64,000 nucleotides of DNA. Origin: Octopus vulgaris (Eukaryota). The DNA is taken from contig OX597815.1 of assembly GCA_951406725.2 (NCBI GenBank), forward strand, positions 118,358,001-118,422,000. Direction: 5' to 3'. The translations under genes and the position numbers were made by a program. Positions 13,686 to 25,979 of the stretch are shown here, piece by piece (position 1 is the first letter of the stretch; each line of letters opens with the position of its first letter). The notes under the pieces were generated by a model. The model was not told the DNA's origin and searched no databases. It saw only the letters and a program-made list of their open reading frames with translations.

Positions 13686-13698
13686 TGTGTGTGTATGC

Positions 13699-13748
<50 letters not shown>

Positions 13749-13876
13749 CATATGAGTGTGTGTATGCATATAGACACACACACACACACACACATATATA
13801 TACATATGCGTATGTGTATAGAGTGCACACATGCGAGAGAGAAAGAATGAGAGTAAGAGCTGGATGGAGTGATAGG

Positions 13877-13937
<61 letters not shown>

Positions 13938-14819
13938 GTACAAGCTACGAATGTGCATGTGTTCTGCCGTGTGTGTATTTATGTTTCAGTTTGTGTGTGT
14001 GAAAGTTTTCACCACAAAATTCGCGGTGAAAATTTTTGTATCTGATCAATTAATTTTTTTATACCCACCATTGCTTTTTTTCCTTCAAGAAGGAATCAGA
14101 ATATGGAAATTGATATTCTGCAAGTTGCCGAGTTTACGTTTGGTGGTTATGTGAATAGTCTGACTTTGTACTCTACCTGATATTCCCGTTTCTTACAAGT
14201 TTCAGTTACTATTTTGGTGAAAGATTTGCCTGTAGCACTACGGTGTCCAAAATTATAATTAATTAAACCCAGAATCCCCTTGAAGTACTATCTTATGTAC
14301 TTTATGTTGTTTTTTTTTATCTCCAAATAATACTCAAATAACCTGTCTGCACTAGTGGCATAGCTAGTGCATGTGCCGCCCGGGGCAACTCTTAGCTCTC
14401 CCATCCCTTCCTGGACGATACAGTCTATACAGGTTTATGTAACAGATCCAAAGGGGCCACCACCACACCCATAGAAGTGTCGCCTGGATCGGACAACCTC
14501 CTTACCATCCACCGTGAACATTACTGCAGGTAATGCATCTTCAGATTCCAAGATGCGAATATATACGGATACAGTTGCTGTCTGAGAGAAAACTTGGCCA
14601 ATAGTGTTTAATTCATACAAATGAAAATACAATCCGCGTGGATAACTTCTCGAACAAATTCAAGAAGCAAAACTTATAAATCACTTCTAAGGTATCCAAA
14701 TTACACCAGAAGCCCCACATCAATAGAATCGCCGAAAAGGCACACCAAATGTACTCAAAGAAAACTTGTAGGAAACCAAGAAAGGAAAAAATGTGTGGCA
14801 ACATCGACTAAATTGTTGT

Positions 14820-15985
14820 ATTAAAAACGTAAACTCGGTTACTCGCCGAGTATGCATTTGTAGTCTGGATCTTAGGAGCCTTTGACAAGATTGACCATGG
14901 AGTTATCTGTCATAGGATTTTAGTATAACAGGAAAGCTCAATGTATGATTCTTTAACTTTTATGTGATAGGAATTAATCTGTTACTGCAAACAGTCTCCT
15001 CTCTGCCGAGTCACCTGTAATAAGTAGTGTAACACAAGGTACGGTTCTAGGACCACTATTATTTATCATCATCCTATTAGGCATAAGCTAACAGAAACTC
15101 TCAGACAATCTAATGAGTAACGCCGATGATACAAAAGTATCAATTGCTATCTAAACTGCAAAAGTTGCTCTCACACTCCAGAATGAGTTAAATCTTCATT
15201 ATGGAATTGACACGCACAATACAAATTATTTTACACCAGCTAACCCCACAATTGATAGCTCTAATAAAATACGGGTCTTAAGAGTAATTATACCAAATTA
15301 TGCATCATTCATCAGGCACATCACCAGTTTGGCGTCTAAATGTAGCCATCTCATAGGGAGTGACCTGAAAACCTTCATAGTAGAACCAGTAGTAATGCTG
15401 ACTCTATGGAAAACCTTTTAGTAGACTGGATAATTGTTCACAGCTTTAGTGTGCAAACACACCTTGATTCATACAAGAAACTGAAGGGTTAAAAAGAACG
15501 TTCACCAGTAAAATAATATCAGTTAAATGACTTGATTACTGGCAACGTCTAAACTCTCTTGAACGAAGTAGAGCGAGGTACGTATGGAAGATCCTGGAAT
15601 ATCATTTGGCATTAAAGGAAACTTTAATGCAAGACCTGGTGGAATATCATTTGGAATTAAAGAATGGCATTTGGCTTTAGATGCAAGACCTAGTGGAATA
15701 TCACTTGGCATTAAAGAAAACTTTAATGCAAGAACTGGTAGATGCTGTCAGCTTCCACATATACCAGCTTCAAAATCACGAGCAAGGACACTACACTGTA
15801 ACAATCTGGCATTTAGATGTTCTCAAGTGTTCAACTGCCTACCTAAAGAAGTCAGAAACATAAAAGGGATTTCTATCGAAATATTCAAGAAAGCATTGAA
15901 TGAACTTCAGACCAAAATACCGAGCCCGCCAACTATACAAGGGTCCACTCAAGGAAAATCAGCTGCTACTAAATCATAGATCAAC
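14820..15985 (+). mobile_element. Second decayed CR1-like LINE ORF2 fragment (RT to C-terminus), opposite orientation
   Basis: AFDKIDHG, SSVTQGTVLGPLLFII, ADDTK, RLDNCSQL and FNCLPKEVRNIKGISIEIFKKAL. Confidence 0.85.
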
Positions 15986-16274
15986 GTCTGGTCATAAAAC
16001 TTAACAAAACCAAAATAAAGAAATGGTAACAGATAAATGAACAAAAGAGAAAATAAGGTGGTGCTCCAGCATAGCCGCAGTCCTTTAACTGAAACCACTG
16101 AAAGAATAAAAGAATATTTATTTATATTTATTCTTTTCAATTTGTTTCACATTCTACTTTTGAAATAGACAGTCTGTCCCAACACGTGATATCTCTACCT
16201 ACTGTCTGCCTACTATAATTTTGTTTTCTTCTTTTAACCCTCACATCGACTCACTCTTTTTTCTCTCTCTTTCT

Positions 16275-16314
<40 letters not shown>

Positions 16315-16699
16315 TTTCTGTCTCTTACTCTCTCAGTATGTACACCTATGGTTTTCACCGCCTTTATCACTCCCACTTTGAAATCTTAAAAGTTCCCGCA
16401 TTCACCTGATTTACAGGACAATAAAACTGGCAGTCACCCTACTCCCCAAATCTTACCTTACTGCAAAGAAATACAATTAAGAAATGTCTCTTATTTGAAT
16501 AACCTCGGATCAGTTTTAAAAAAAGAAACCAGCACTGGTCCTGTGGGAATCATTAATGAAATACATGTATCATTTCAAATTCTCTCAAGTCCTTGCACTT
16601 ACATTTTGGCTCTTTGCACTTTAAAGAGAAACATATGACGATAATTTCGCATATATATATGTATGTATGTAAGTATGTATGTGTGAAGTACATGGTTCG

Positions 16700-16799
<100 letters not shown>

Positions 16800-17052
16800 A
16801 GCAAGCAGGGAAGTCCATGCCTTCAACATGAATTTTCTCACATGACTAAACACACCACTTTTAGAGTTTGAAAAGCGGTCACACCACCAGGTCAAACGAA
16901 GTTTTTGTACATGTGTGTAATTTTGCGTCTGTGTTTCGCCCCCACCATTGCTTGGCAACCGATGTTGGTGTGTTTATGTCCCTGTAACTCATCAGTTACA
17001 GGGACGTAAATGCTTCTGCATATATATATATATATATATTTGCCCTCCAAAT

Positions 17053-17115
<63 letters not shown>

Positions 17116-17231
17116 GCAGAAGCAATAGAGTGACTAAAGGTCCGAGAGTTTCGTGCGTTGGCACTTATCATGTGCCATCAGACAAAAGAAACATCCCTGT
17201 GTGTGTATGTGTTTGTGTGTGTATGTATGAT

Positions 17232-17293
<62 letters not shown>

Positions 17294-17309
17294 TTTGTTT
17301 CTACAGTGC

Positions 17310-18518
17310 ATGAGGTGTATTTGAGAACGCTTAATTATCAGTGTATTCCTCTCTTCAAAACAATTAAAAGGTTTTAATTTCATTCAGATCCGTCATGACA
17401 AACGAAATGCTAATACAAGAAATGAAAATACATGCTGTCATGTGTGTGGAACGCAGCAATTTAGAAATTACTGACTGTCTTGTAAATATTGCAAGAACTT
17501 TTCTATGCAAGGTCCCGATGGAATTGAACCTCTGGAGGGAATAATACAACTGTATCCAAGCGATAAGCAAAAGGACATTCCAAATGTCCTAGACATTACA
17601 AGAACACAATTCATCTACTGGTTTCAAAACATTATCGCTGTGCATCCTGGAAAATCCTTGAGGGTCATCGACAAGGAACTTCAGGTGTCGGAGTGAACTA
17701 TCAGAACTGTAGCGCACGAGGACATTCGAAACAAATATATATTAAGAAGAGGTCAATTCATGTCTGCGAACATATAGGAAAACCGTTTGATTCGTCCTTA
17801 GCAGTTACTCAACAAAGTTAAATGTTTTTGCGAACATAGCATGCTTCAGTTCATTAATGGGGAAAAACTCCGAGCAAAAACAAAAGTCTAATAGGAAGAA
17901 TGATAAGTGGTTACGTGAAAAATCCTTTTGATGTCTCCAGAAGAATTCACACTAGGTTTCTAGTAACTGTGATAGTTTAATGATGGTCATGTCATACCAT
18001 CTCACATCTTTCGATGGGGTCTTAGAATTAATGCTGCTGAATACGTTGTGGTGTGGAGAATAAAGTATGCTGAGGAAAGCCATGTGCATTTCAACAAGAC
18101 TCAGTACCTTCTCACAAACTCCACATAATCCAAGAATGAACGTCAGACACGCTTTACAATCATGTAACAGCAAATTAATTGCCTCCAGACTTGTCAAATT
18201 TTAAAAAATCTCGTGGATTACAACGTTTGAGGCGTTGTTGAAAGGGAGACATCGACATCTCACAACACCATAGCTTCACTGAATGCTGTCGTTTTCGATG
18301 TGTTCCGAAATGAATAAGGACCATTTAGTGCAGGTATGTCAACAATTCTGATCCCTCACTGAAGGTGTCATCAAAGATGAAGGCGGGTACATAGAAAAAT
18401 ATTATTGGAAAGCTTATCAAGAACATACGCACAATTTTCTGTTTTAGATGCATTTGGTTTTTGCTGGATTTCAGTGGTTTTGTTATGTTACTAAATGTGT
18501 TATCAAATACCTCTCGCA
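17310..18518 (+). mobile_element. Decayed Tc1/mariner-superfamily element, probably maT (DD37D)-like
   Basis: Degenerate TIRs (gtatttgagaac / gttatcaaatac). Fragments KSLRVIDKELQVSE*TIRTVAHEDI, RRGQFMS and DYNV*GVVERET, resembling the SPDxNPLDYxVW region. Confidence 0.65.
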
Positions 18519-18562
18519 TCCTATATGTATGTGTATGTATGCATATATACATACACTCACAC

Positions 18563-18593
<31 letters not shown>

Positions 18594-18639
18594 TGTATGT
18601 ATGTATGTATGTATGTATGTATGTATGTATGTATGTATG

Positions 18640-18882
18640 TATCTGTCGGGCATGTGGAAGAGAGGGTAATTCTGCAGGAGGACTTAAACGACATGCAAAG
18701 GTACATGAAGCCCAGTTACAACTACATCCGGCTATTACCAGTAATGGTTTTAGTTGCCAATATTGTACAAGACATTGTAGATCTTTAGCTGGGCTAAAAA
18801 GTCACATTCGATCACAACACCAATAACAGTTAAGCTTCGTGCAATGGCCTTACTCGATAACGAGGGGGCAGCCATAATAATG
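18640..18882 (+). mobile_element. 3' end of an RTE-like LINE with C-terminal C2H2 fingers, inside (TGTA)n
   Basis: CRACGR...LKRHAKVH and CQYCTRHCRSLAGLKSHIRSQH*, then a short UTR running into the microsatellite. Confidence 0.6.
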
Positions 18883-19504
18883 TATGTATGTATGTATGTA
18901 TGTATGTATGTATGTATGTATGTATGTATGTATGTATGTATGTACATTGTGCTTAGATGACTAGCTGATCATGCCAACGCCCCAATGGAAGTCATTGTAA
19001 AGTACTGTATTTGTGACAAATATTTTGGACATGAGTGTAGACTATAGCAAATCAAAGTGGGCGGCTTTAAGAAAATGTAGAGCAAACTAGAATACAAAAA
19101 TAGAATGATAATGCAAAAAATGTATATTTGTAACGTTGCCTTAATATAAAAATGGGCTAACTGGCATATATATATATACTAACTGACACATTTATATATA
19201 CATATTTGGAAAAAGAAAAAGAATGACTTTACTAGTAGTTCTAATAAGTTTAATTTTTAAATTTCTTAATAATAAAGATTTTAGTTCATAGATCTAGTAA
19301 GTTCTTTGTTAACTTGGGTGTGGAGATTTTTTAAAGAATTCCTTGTTAACGTTTTTGGAAAACTTTCTCGCATTCGTTGTTAAACAGATCTGAGGATTTG
19401 GGGTTTGTGATTCTATATATGTGGTTTGGGTGTATTGGGGTGGGGTTTGTTAATCACTGGCATATTATATATACACACACACACACACACACACGTATAT
19501 ATAT

Positions 19505-20310
19505 TGTGTCATCCCATAAATGATGCGGTGTTTTCCATTGCATGAACTAAAAGTCGGAGGGGGGCGGGATAAACTACCTGCATCAACTTGCTATAAAAGC
19601 AGGTAGTAATTTTACCTTGATTGTCTTGTTCTTAAAACAAATTTTGAAGAGTGCAGTTCGATTTTAACAGTTACTTTTTCAAAGCTATAATGGAAGTGAC
19701 AAAGGAGCATATTCGGCATATTTTGCTTTATGAATTCAATAAAAGCAACAACGCAACGGAAAGTGCGAGGAATATTAATGCAGTATAAGAGGAGGGGATG
19801 GAACAATAAGCGTAAGCCAGTGTCGATGGTGGTTCCAGAAATTCCGAGCCGGAAACTACAACCTAGAAAACGAGCCTCTTCCTGGAAGATCCGTTGAGAT
19901 CGACGAGGACGTCCTGCTAACCCTGGTGGAATAAAATCCCATCGCAACTGTTGAGGAACTAGCAGAGAAGCTTGGATTTGGTCATTCAGACATTCAACAC
20001 ATGCGTGTCATCGGAAAAGTCAGTAGATTGAGTCAATAGATTTCTCACAAACTTTCTGAGTCTAATCGAGCGCAGAGAGTGAACGTGTGCTCTTCTTTGC
20101 TGTCACGTCTCACGAATGAACCTTTTTTGGACGGAATAGTGACTGGTGGCCAGAAATGGTTTCTCTATAAAAATGAGAAGCGCCGAAGACAGTGGGTAGG
20201 GAAAGGAGAAACACTGGCACCCCAGGCTAAAGAAGGTCTTCACCCACGTAAGGTGTTGTTATCTGTTTGGTGGGATATGAAAAGATTAGTCTACTTTTAA
20301 CTTTTAAACA
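19505..20310 (+). mobile_element. 5' half of a mariner transposon (decayed transposase)
   Basis: ATG at 19690: MEVTKEHIRHILLYEFNK..., WFQKFRAGN, IVTGGQKWFLY, LHPRKVLLSVWWD. Stops and frameshifts; truncated before the HDNA and YSPD motifs. Confidence 0.9.
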
Positions 20311-21146
20311 ATGGAAAGTTGGATTCCAAGAATGGTCCCTATACTTGAAGGTGATCCGGATCGAAAAGTGGAGTTTTGAGGGTGGTACTTGACAAGATGT
20401 ATAGAAGATGCACACTTTCCAACAAACATCATCTGGAGGTACGTGGTTACATTTAAATTAAAGTTATAAATACAAAGTTAAAAAGGTAAAAATAGCAACT
20501 GCTGAAAAAGTTGTTTTGCTAGAATTGTTTGCCTATTTATGGATTTTTAGCAGTGGTGAAAATATACGTATTTATGCTAAATTGGTCTTATCCGTTTTGC
20601 AACTATTTTTATTATTATTGACCCTCTTTAAGGCGGCGATATGGTGGAATCGTTAGCACGCTTGGCAAAATGTTTCTAGGCATTTCGTCCGTCTTAATGT
20701 TCTGAGTTCAATTATCGCGAGGTCGAATTTGCCTCTTGTCCTTTTGGAGTCAATAAAAAAAAGTACCAGTCAAGCACTGGAATTAATGAAACCGACTTAC
20801 CCCTTCTCTAAAAAATTGCTGACCTTATACCAAAATTTGAAACCATTTATTATTAATCCCCTTTAAGGCGGTGAGCTGGCAGAATTTCCTCCGTGTTTAC
20901 ATTCTGAGTTCTAATTTTTGTAGTACAGCTTCACATTTGACACTTATTTTCACTGCACGACAATACACACAGCTTGTTTCTTAATGAATCTTAAAAGCGA
21001 AAACGGTCACTGGCAAGCTTCGCAGTAGAAGCCAGGCTCAGTCCAGCACCTGGTTTCCAAGTTTAGTGCTTGAGCCTGATGCTAGCAACTCTATTCGTAA
21101 AAGTACTTTCGTTACAAAGACTTGTCGCCAAGATAAATATTTAAAC

Positions 21147-21210
21147 CACCTGATGAATGACTGTGACTTGAAAATTTAAAGAAATTAACAGCCATGAAAC
21201 GATCGTAGTG
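21147..21210 (+). ncRNA. Minimal type-I hammerhead ribozyme motif (Penelope-type)
   Basis: cac-CUGAUGA-augacugu...acagccau-GAAA-cgaucg-UA-gug. Intact core, 7/8-bp stem II, palindromic stem III, GUA cleavage triplet, 3-bp stem I. Confidence 0.65.
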
Positions 21211-21432
21211 ATATATTAATTATATTTTTTTAATAATTTTGTTATATATTTAAATAATATAAATTAAATAATCTTATGTATTGGCTTAAGTTTTTCATTG
21301 TATGAATTGCTTAATAGTGGTTTTGTCTCTAATTTAATATAATATAATATTTTACTATAAAATTGGATTCAATCCTAAATCTGATTTTTCCCTGTAAGTT
21401 TGGATTTATTCCCTAATAATTATTATATATAT

Positions 21433-21465
<33 letters not shown>

Positions 21466-21622
21466 CTCTATTATATTGACACGGGCGTGGCTGTTAAGAG
21501 TCCGTTTCTCAACCGTGTGGTTTCAAATTCAGTCCCACTGCGCGGCACTTTTCGTATGTTTCTTCTACTATAGCTACAGACCGACCAATTTGGTAGACGG
21601 AAATGTGTGGAGAGATCCATCA

Positions 21623-21702
<80 letters not shown>

Positions 21703-22045
21703 TTGTGGGTCTGTATCCATACCGCTTGACAATCGGTGAGGGTTTGTTTATGTATCTGTAACTTATCGGCTCGGTTTACCGATAGAATAAGCCCCAACTT
21801 TGGAAAGAATAAGCACTTGGATCGATTTTGTTTTCAATTAAGCCTTTTGAGGCAGTACCGTGACATAACCGCAGTTAAATGACTCAAACAAGTGAAAGAA
21901 AAACGAATGTATTTGGCAAAAGTGGATATTGCTACACCGTACGTGTGCGAGATACTTTTGATTGTTACATTTTGACGATCCCTATCAAAACAGCTTTCCA
22001 TTTAGTAATCATTAGTCTCCGCATAAATGTGTAAGTTCGCCTGCG

Positions 22046-22245
22046 GGAGGCGCAATAGCCCAGTGGTTAGGGCAGCGCACTCGCGGTCGTAAGAACGTGC
22101 TTTCGATTCCCAGACCGAGCATTGTGTTTTTTGAGCAAAACTACCTAAGCTCTACGAGGCTCCGGTGGTGGGCGTGGGCGGGGGTGAACCCCGCTGTACT
22201 CTTTCACCACAACTTTCTCTCACTCTTTCTTCCTACTTCTGCCAC
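22046..22245 (+). mobile_element. tRNA-derived SINE family C (tRNA-Arg-like head)
   Basis: ggaggcgcaatagcccagtggttagggcagcgcactcgcggtcg...ttcgattccc with A and B boxes. Body ctgtactctttcaccac shared with 55318-55550 and 63590-63878. Confidence 0.8.
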
Positions 22246-22489
22246 AAAGCAGAGGAACCATGGTGTAGCCCACTATGGGGTGGTAAACTTTCAGACCCTA
22301 GTCTAGATTGCGAATCCTCTGTACTCCAGGATGGTTCAGCTCTCCACCCGTTAAAAAGCCACCGTTTACGGAATGAGGCTAACAACGTAGCTTTCGCGCC
22401 CGTGCAACCGTCGGTCTATCACGTGTGGTGGGTGGATCTTCAAGTTGCCACACGCATTCTTAGTAGCTTAGAGATTATTCTTTGTGGCT

Positions 22490-22890
22490 AATGGCGTGAG
22501 TCCTGATTGGAAGAAGAAGAAGCTCGTCTGCTAGTTCTGTTTGATCTACTAACCACGTAGAAGTTCCCTTTTTAACCAATGCAAGAATATGAGTGCTATG
22601 CAGGTGATCTCTGTGCAGCTTGTGATAATGTAAAGTGGAGTGTTTTGTATTCCTTATAGTTTGTGGATATCGAGAACAAAGGAAGGGCCAGTGCTATCTC
22701 TTTATTTATTGTTCTCCGTTGTTTTTCAGATGTGGTGCCTAGGTACTTCAAATATGTCGGTAAAACAAGCCGAGTGATTCACAAGCGACTATGCGTATTG
22801 CAGAGTGATGATTGGTTGTGTGTTTGCTGCTAAGAAGCGAATCAAGGATTTTTGAAGGCGCATATTTAAACCTGCTGTATTGCGAGCCAA
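22490..22890 (-). mobile_element. Degenerate RTE-like LINE fragment
   Basis: Minus-strand LKYLGTT motif (post-RT FKYLG-like). Heavily decayed. Confidence 0.4.
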
Positions 22891-23559
22891 GCTTATAAAT
22901 AATATAGGAATGCGGTGCCTCAACATGGCTTCAGTCTAATGACTGAAACAAGTAAAAGATAATAAAAGATAGATGGAAAAGACGTGCAGCTATATTTGAG
23001 GAATAGTAAGGTGTAAACATGATGTCATCTACGCGTGGTGCTGGGATGTCGTGTGGTGGTTCGGACTTCATCTTCCTGTCATCGCCCATTCTGCATGTTT
23101 ACTTATCTATTATTCCCAGATGAACATTTATTGTGAACAAAGGCATTCTTGCAGTGACCATCCCATTTCACACACCCTTCTATTATGACCCCAGTATTTG
23201 TATTCATTCTATCGGTGTCTTCTGCCGAACCGTTAAGTTACGTGAACATAATCAATCCAACACCGGCTGTAAAGCGGTGGGAGGAACAAGCGCGCGCACA
23301 CACACACACACACACATACGATAGGCTTCAAAGCAGTTTCCGTTTACCAAATCCACTCAGTAGGCATTGGTCAGCTCGAGTGTATAGTGGAAGATACTTG
23401 CCCAAGGTGCGGTGCAGTGCGACTTAACTCGAAACCACGTTGTATAGCGAGCTTCTTATCTACGTAATCGTGTCTGTGTCTATATTTTCCAGGTTCAAGC
23501 TTTAAGGTTTTAGCTTAAAAGCAAAACAAGCAAAATTACAAGACGACGGATGGAAGCAT

Positions 23560-25100
23560 TCCTTATTAGCTAGCTCAACGTGGGGAATGAAAGCTCTCCT
23601 TTCCCGAACTTGTATACGTCTCATTCCGAGCGTTATCCGCCTAGTTACGGCGCACATAATTACTCGAGAGCATCCCGTCGGGATTTTGAGAAAGCAGGAG
23701 TTATTACGGCTGTTATTCTTTTGTTATTAGACTGAATAGGAAGAATAGTATTTAAGATGGCGTTGTGTTTATTTTAAAGATTTTTATGTATAAAAGCAAC
23801 TGTGTGGTATTTCTAGTTTGTTGTAGAAAAACTGGAGGTCATGACGGGATAGGCAAAATTTATGATGGATGCTAGGTATTGTTCCACAGGTTGGTGGTGG
23901 TGTTCTTTATTTTATCAAGTATTTCAAATGTGTTCGGATATCGTTTTGATCTCCACTATCTTATATGATGTGAATGTTGGAGGTTTTGTACACAGCAACA
24001 TTTCTGCCTTTTGCGTCTATGTGGTATGTTTATTTTGTAGACTACAGACTCTTAAACTGGGAGTAGTCCCTCTTGGGAAAGAGAGCTGTGAGCTCACAAG
24101 AGGGCGTTGGTGTTTAGAGTCGTCGCGATTTTTCTTAGAAATGAAATATTAAAAACTAAGTCCAATATATATATTCTTAACACATTTTTTTTTTAATCGG
24201 TGAAGGTTAGAAGACGAATAGGACATTTTTGTTATCAGTGAACAAGAAACACGACTAATGAGGTGTCAATGTCCAATATAATTTCGTTAAAGAAGTTCTC
24301 GCTTTCTTTCCCAATTTCTATAAGAAAGATCACTTATCCACGTAAATAACTTGAGAAAAAACCCACATGGTTTTTACATCAATAAATAATTTTGACCTTT
24401 TTTGTTTAGTAAAATAAGGGACCAGGGTGTTTGTTGTAAACCATCGTTTAATGAAAGGGAGAGACGAGATATAAAAGGCAGGTAACCACTATTGTAAAGC
24501 GTGAAAGTTGTATCTGATAGTTTTAAAAATTTGTTGAGAAGGGAACCAAATTTCAAGGCAGTCAATATGTTGAACCGTGCGTCAGTCTGAAAACGGTGAC
24601 AGTAGGTAACAAATGTAACTTACGTAAGAAACTGCAAGTTTCGTGGAAGCGGAGTCAGGTATAAGTTTGAAAAAAGGCTGAGAGGATGCAACAGTTTATT
24701 TTTTCGAGAAATGACATTATGTATGTTCTTGTATTCTACATACGCCTTGTATCATGACAATGATTCATTAGCCAGCATTGTTTCTTAGACATGTAAAAAA
24801 AGGAGAGAGAGAGAGAGAGAAAGGTAATTGTTTCCAACCCAATGTTGAGGAATGTAATTAAATATTTTACTTATGTTGATTGTTGTTAGGATTCTTTTGA
24901 TTTTGTTAAGCTGTCATGTATTCATTGTGTAGGTAATGACCTGACGTTCAAAGTGGAATGTATAAACGATATCAGAAAGGAATTTTTTCTAGGATTTTTG
25001 AGGGCATGCATAGAAAAGTTATAATAACCATGTAAGAGAAACTACCTATCGCTCCAGCAGCGAAGTTTACAGGATTTGAAAGTGTTTGTGAGTTTGGAGG
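23560..25100 (-). mobile_element. Highly decayed Penelope-like element ORF relic (N-terminal part)
   Basis: Minus-strand fragments in the expected order: GLSF, IDAKGRNVAV (ADKG-like), FIHK (KIHK-like), LPIQSN (RPIVS-like). No intact ORF. Confidence 0.4.
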
Positions 25101-25979
25101 AAATAAAGCCGAGAGAACTGAGGAAGATTTTTGAGCTAAAAAATCCGCGAGGCTGGGTTAAAAAGCTTGCTTCCCATCCTTGTGGATTTGGATTCAGGTC
25201 ATTGAGCAACACCTTAGGCAAGTGTTTTCCACTATAGCCCAGGGCCGACCAACGCTTTGTAAATGGATTCCATAGAGAGAAACTGAAAGAAGCCCATCAT
25301 GTAATATATATGTGGGTATTTATTATACATCACTTTATGGTTGTAAATAAGCATCAGTCACACAAGTGAGATTCATTTCTAGTCGGCCACGCAAAACATC
25401 TCTGATCAGGGGGTTAATATTACCTTGCTTGGAAATAGGTGAGGGTTGGAGGGCATCTGGTTGTAGAAAATCTATCTCAACAAATTCCGTCTGACTCATG
25501 CAAGCATAGAAAAGTTGTTTTGAATTAATAATGCATTATCCAGGAGCTTTGAGGTTTTGATGACGTGATTGTTTATTTTTAGAATGACTTTGTACGGTAG
25601 GTGTGAAAGACTGGATCTGGCTGGTGTAAACATAAAACATATAGAATATTTAGGTCAGATATGGCCAGTTTAAATAACCTCTAATTTCTGTCAACTTTTC
25701 CTTGGAGGAGTGTCTGGAAAGTATTCTTTTACAGTATTCTTTTAGTTGATTTTACTAAAAGATGCAAGAGTTGCTAATGCAGACCAATACCAATCTGGAG
25801 TCGGTCTGATCATAATATTGGTATACCTGAAAATCTCAACTTTGTTGCATATATCATTTTGTTGAGGTTGTTAAAATTTGTATTAAATGTGAAAACACCA
25901 CATTGAAGTCAACTTCGTGTATGTGAAATCATACTAGAAATGATTTTAGAATTCATAAATTCACAAACATTAATGCAAG

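Noticed and set aside
14505-14550. Minus-strand CUGAAGA followed by a hairpin as a hammerhead
   Set aside because: No GAAA follows the stem.
18640-18826. Host C2H2 zinc-finger gene
   Set aside because: Embedded in a microsatellite with no evident splice context; matches the terminal fingers and tail of RTE-like LINEs.
22046-22120. tRNA gene (also SINE heads at 5276, 59030-59106 and 63590)
   Set aside because: A and B boxes are present but there is no complete cloverleaf, and each continues into a SINE body.
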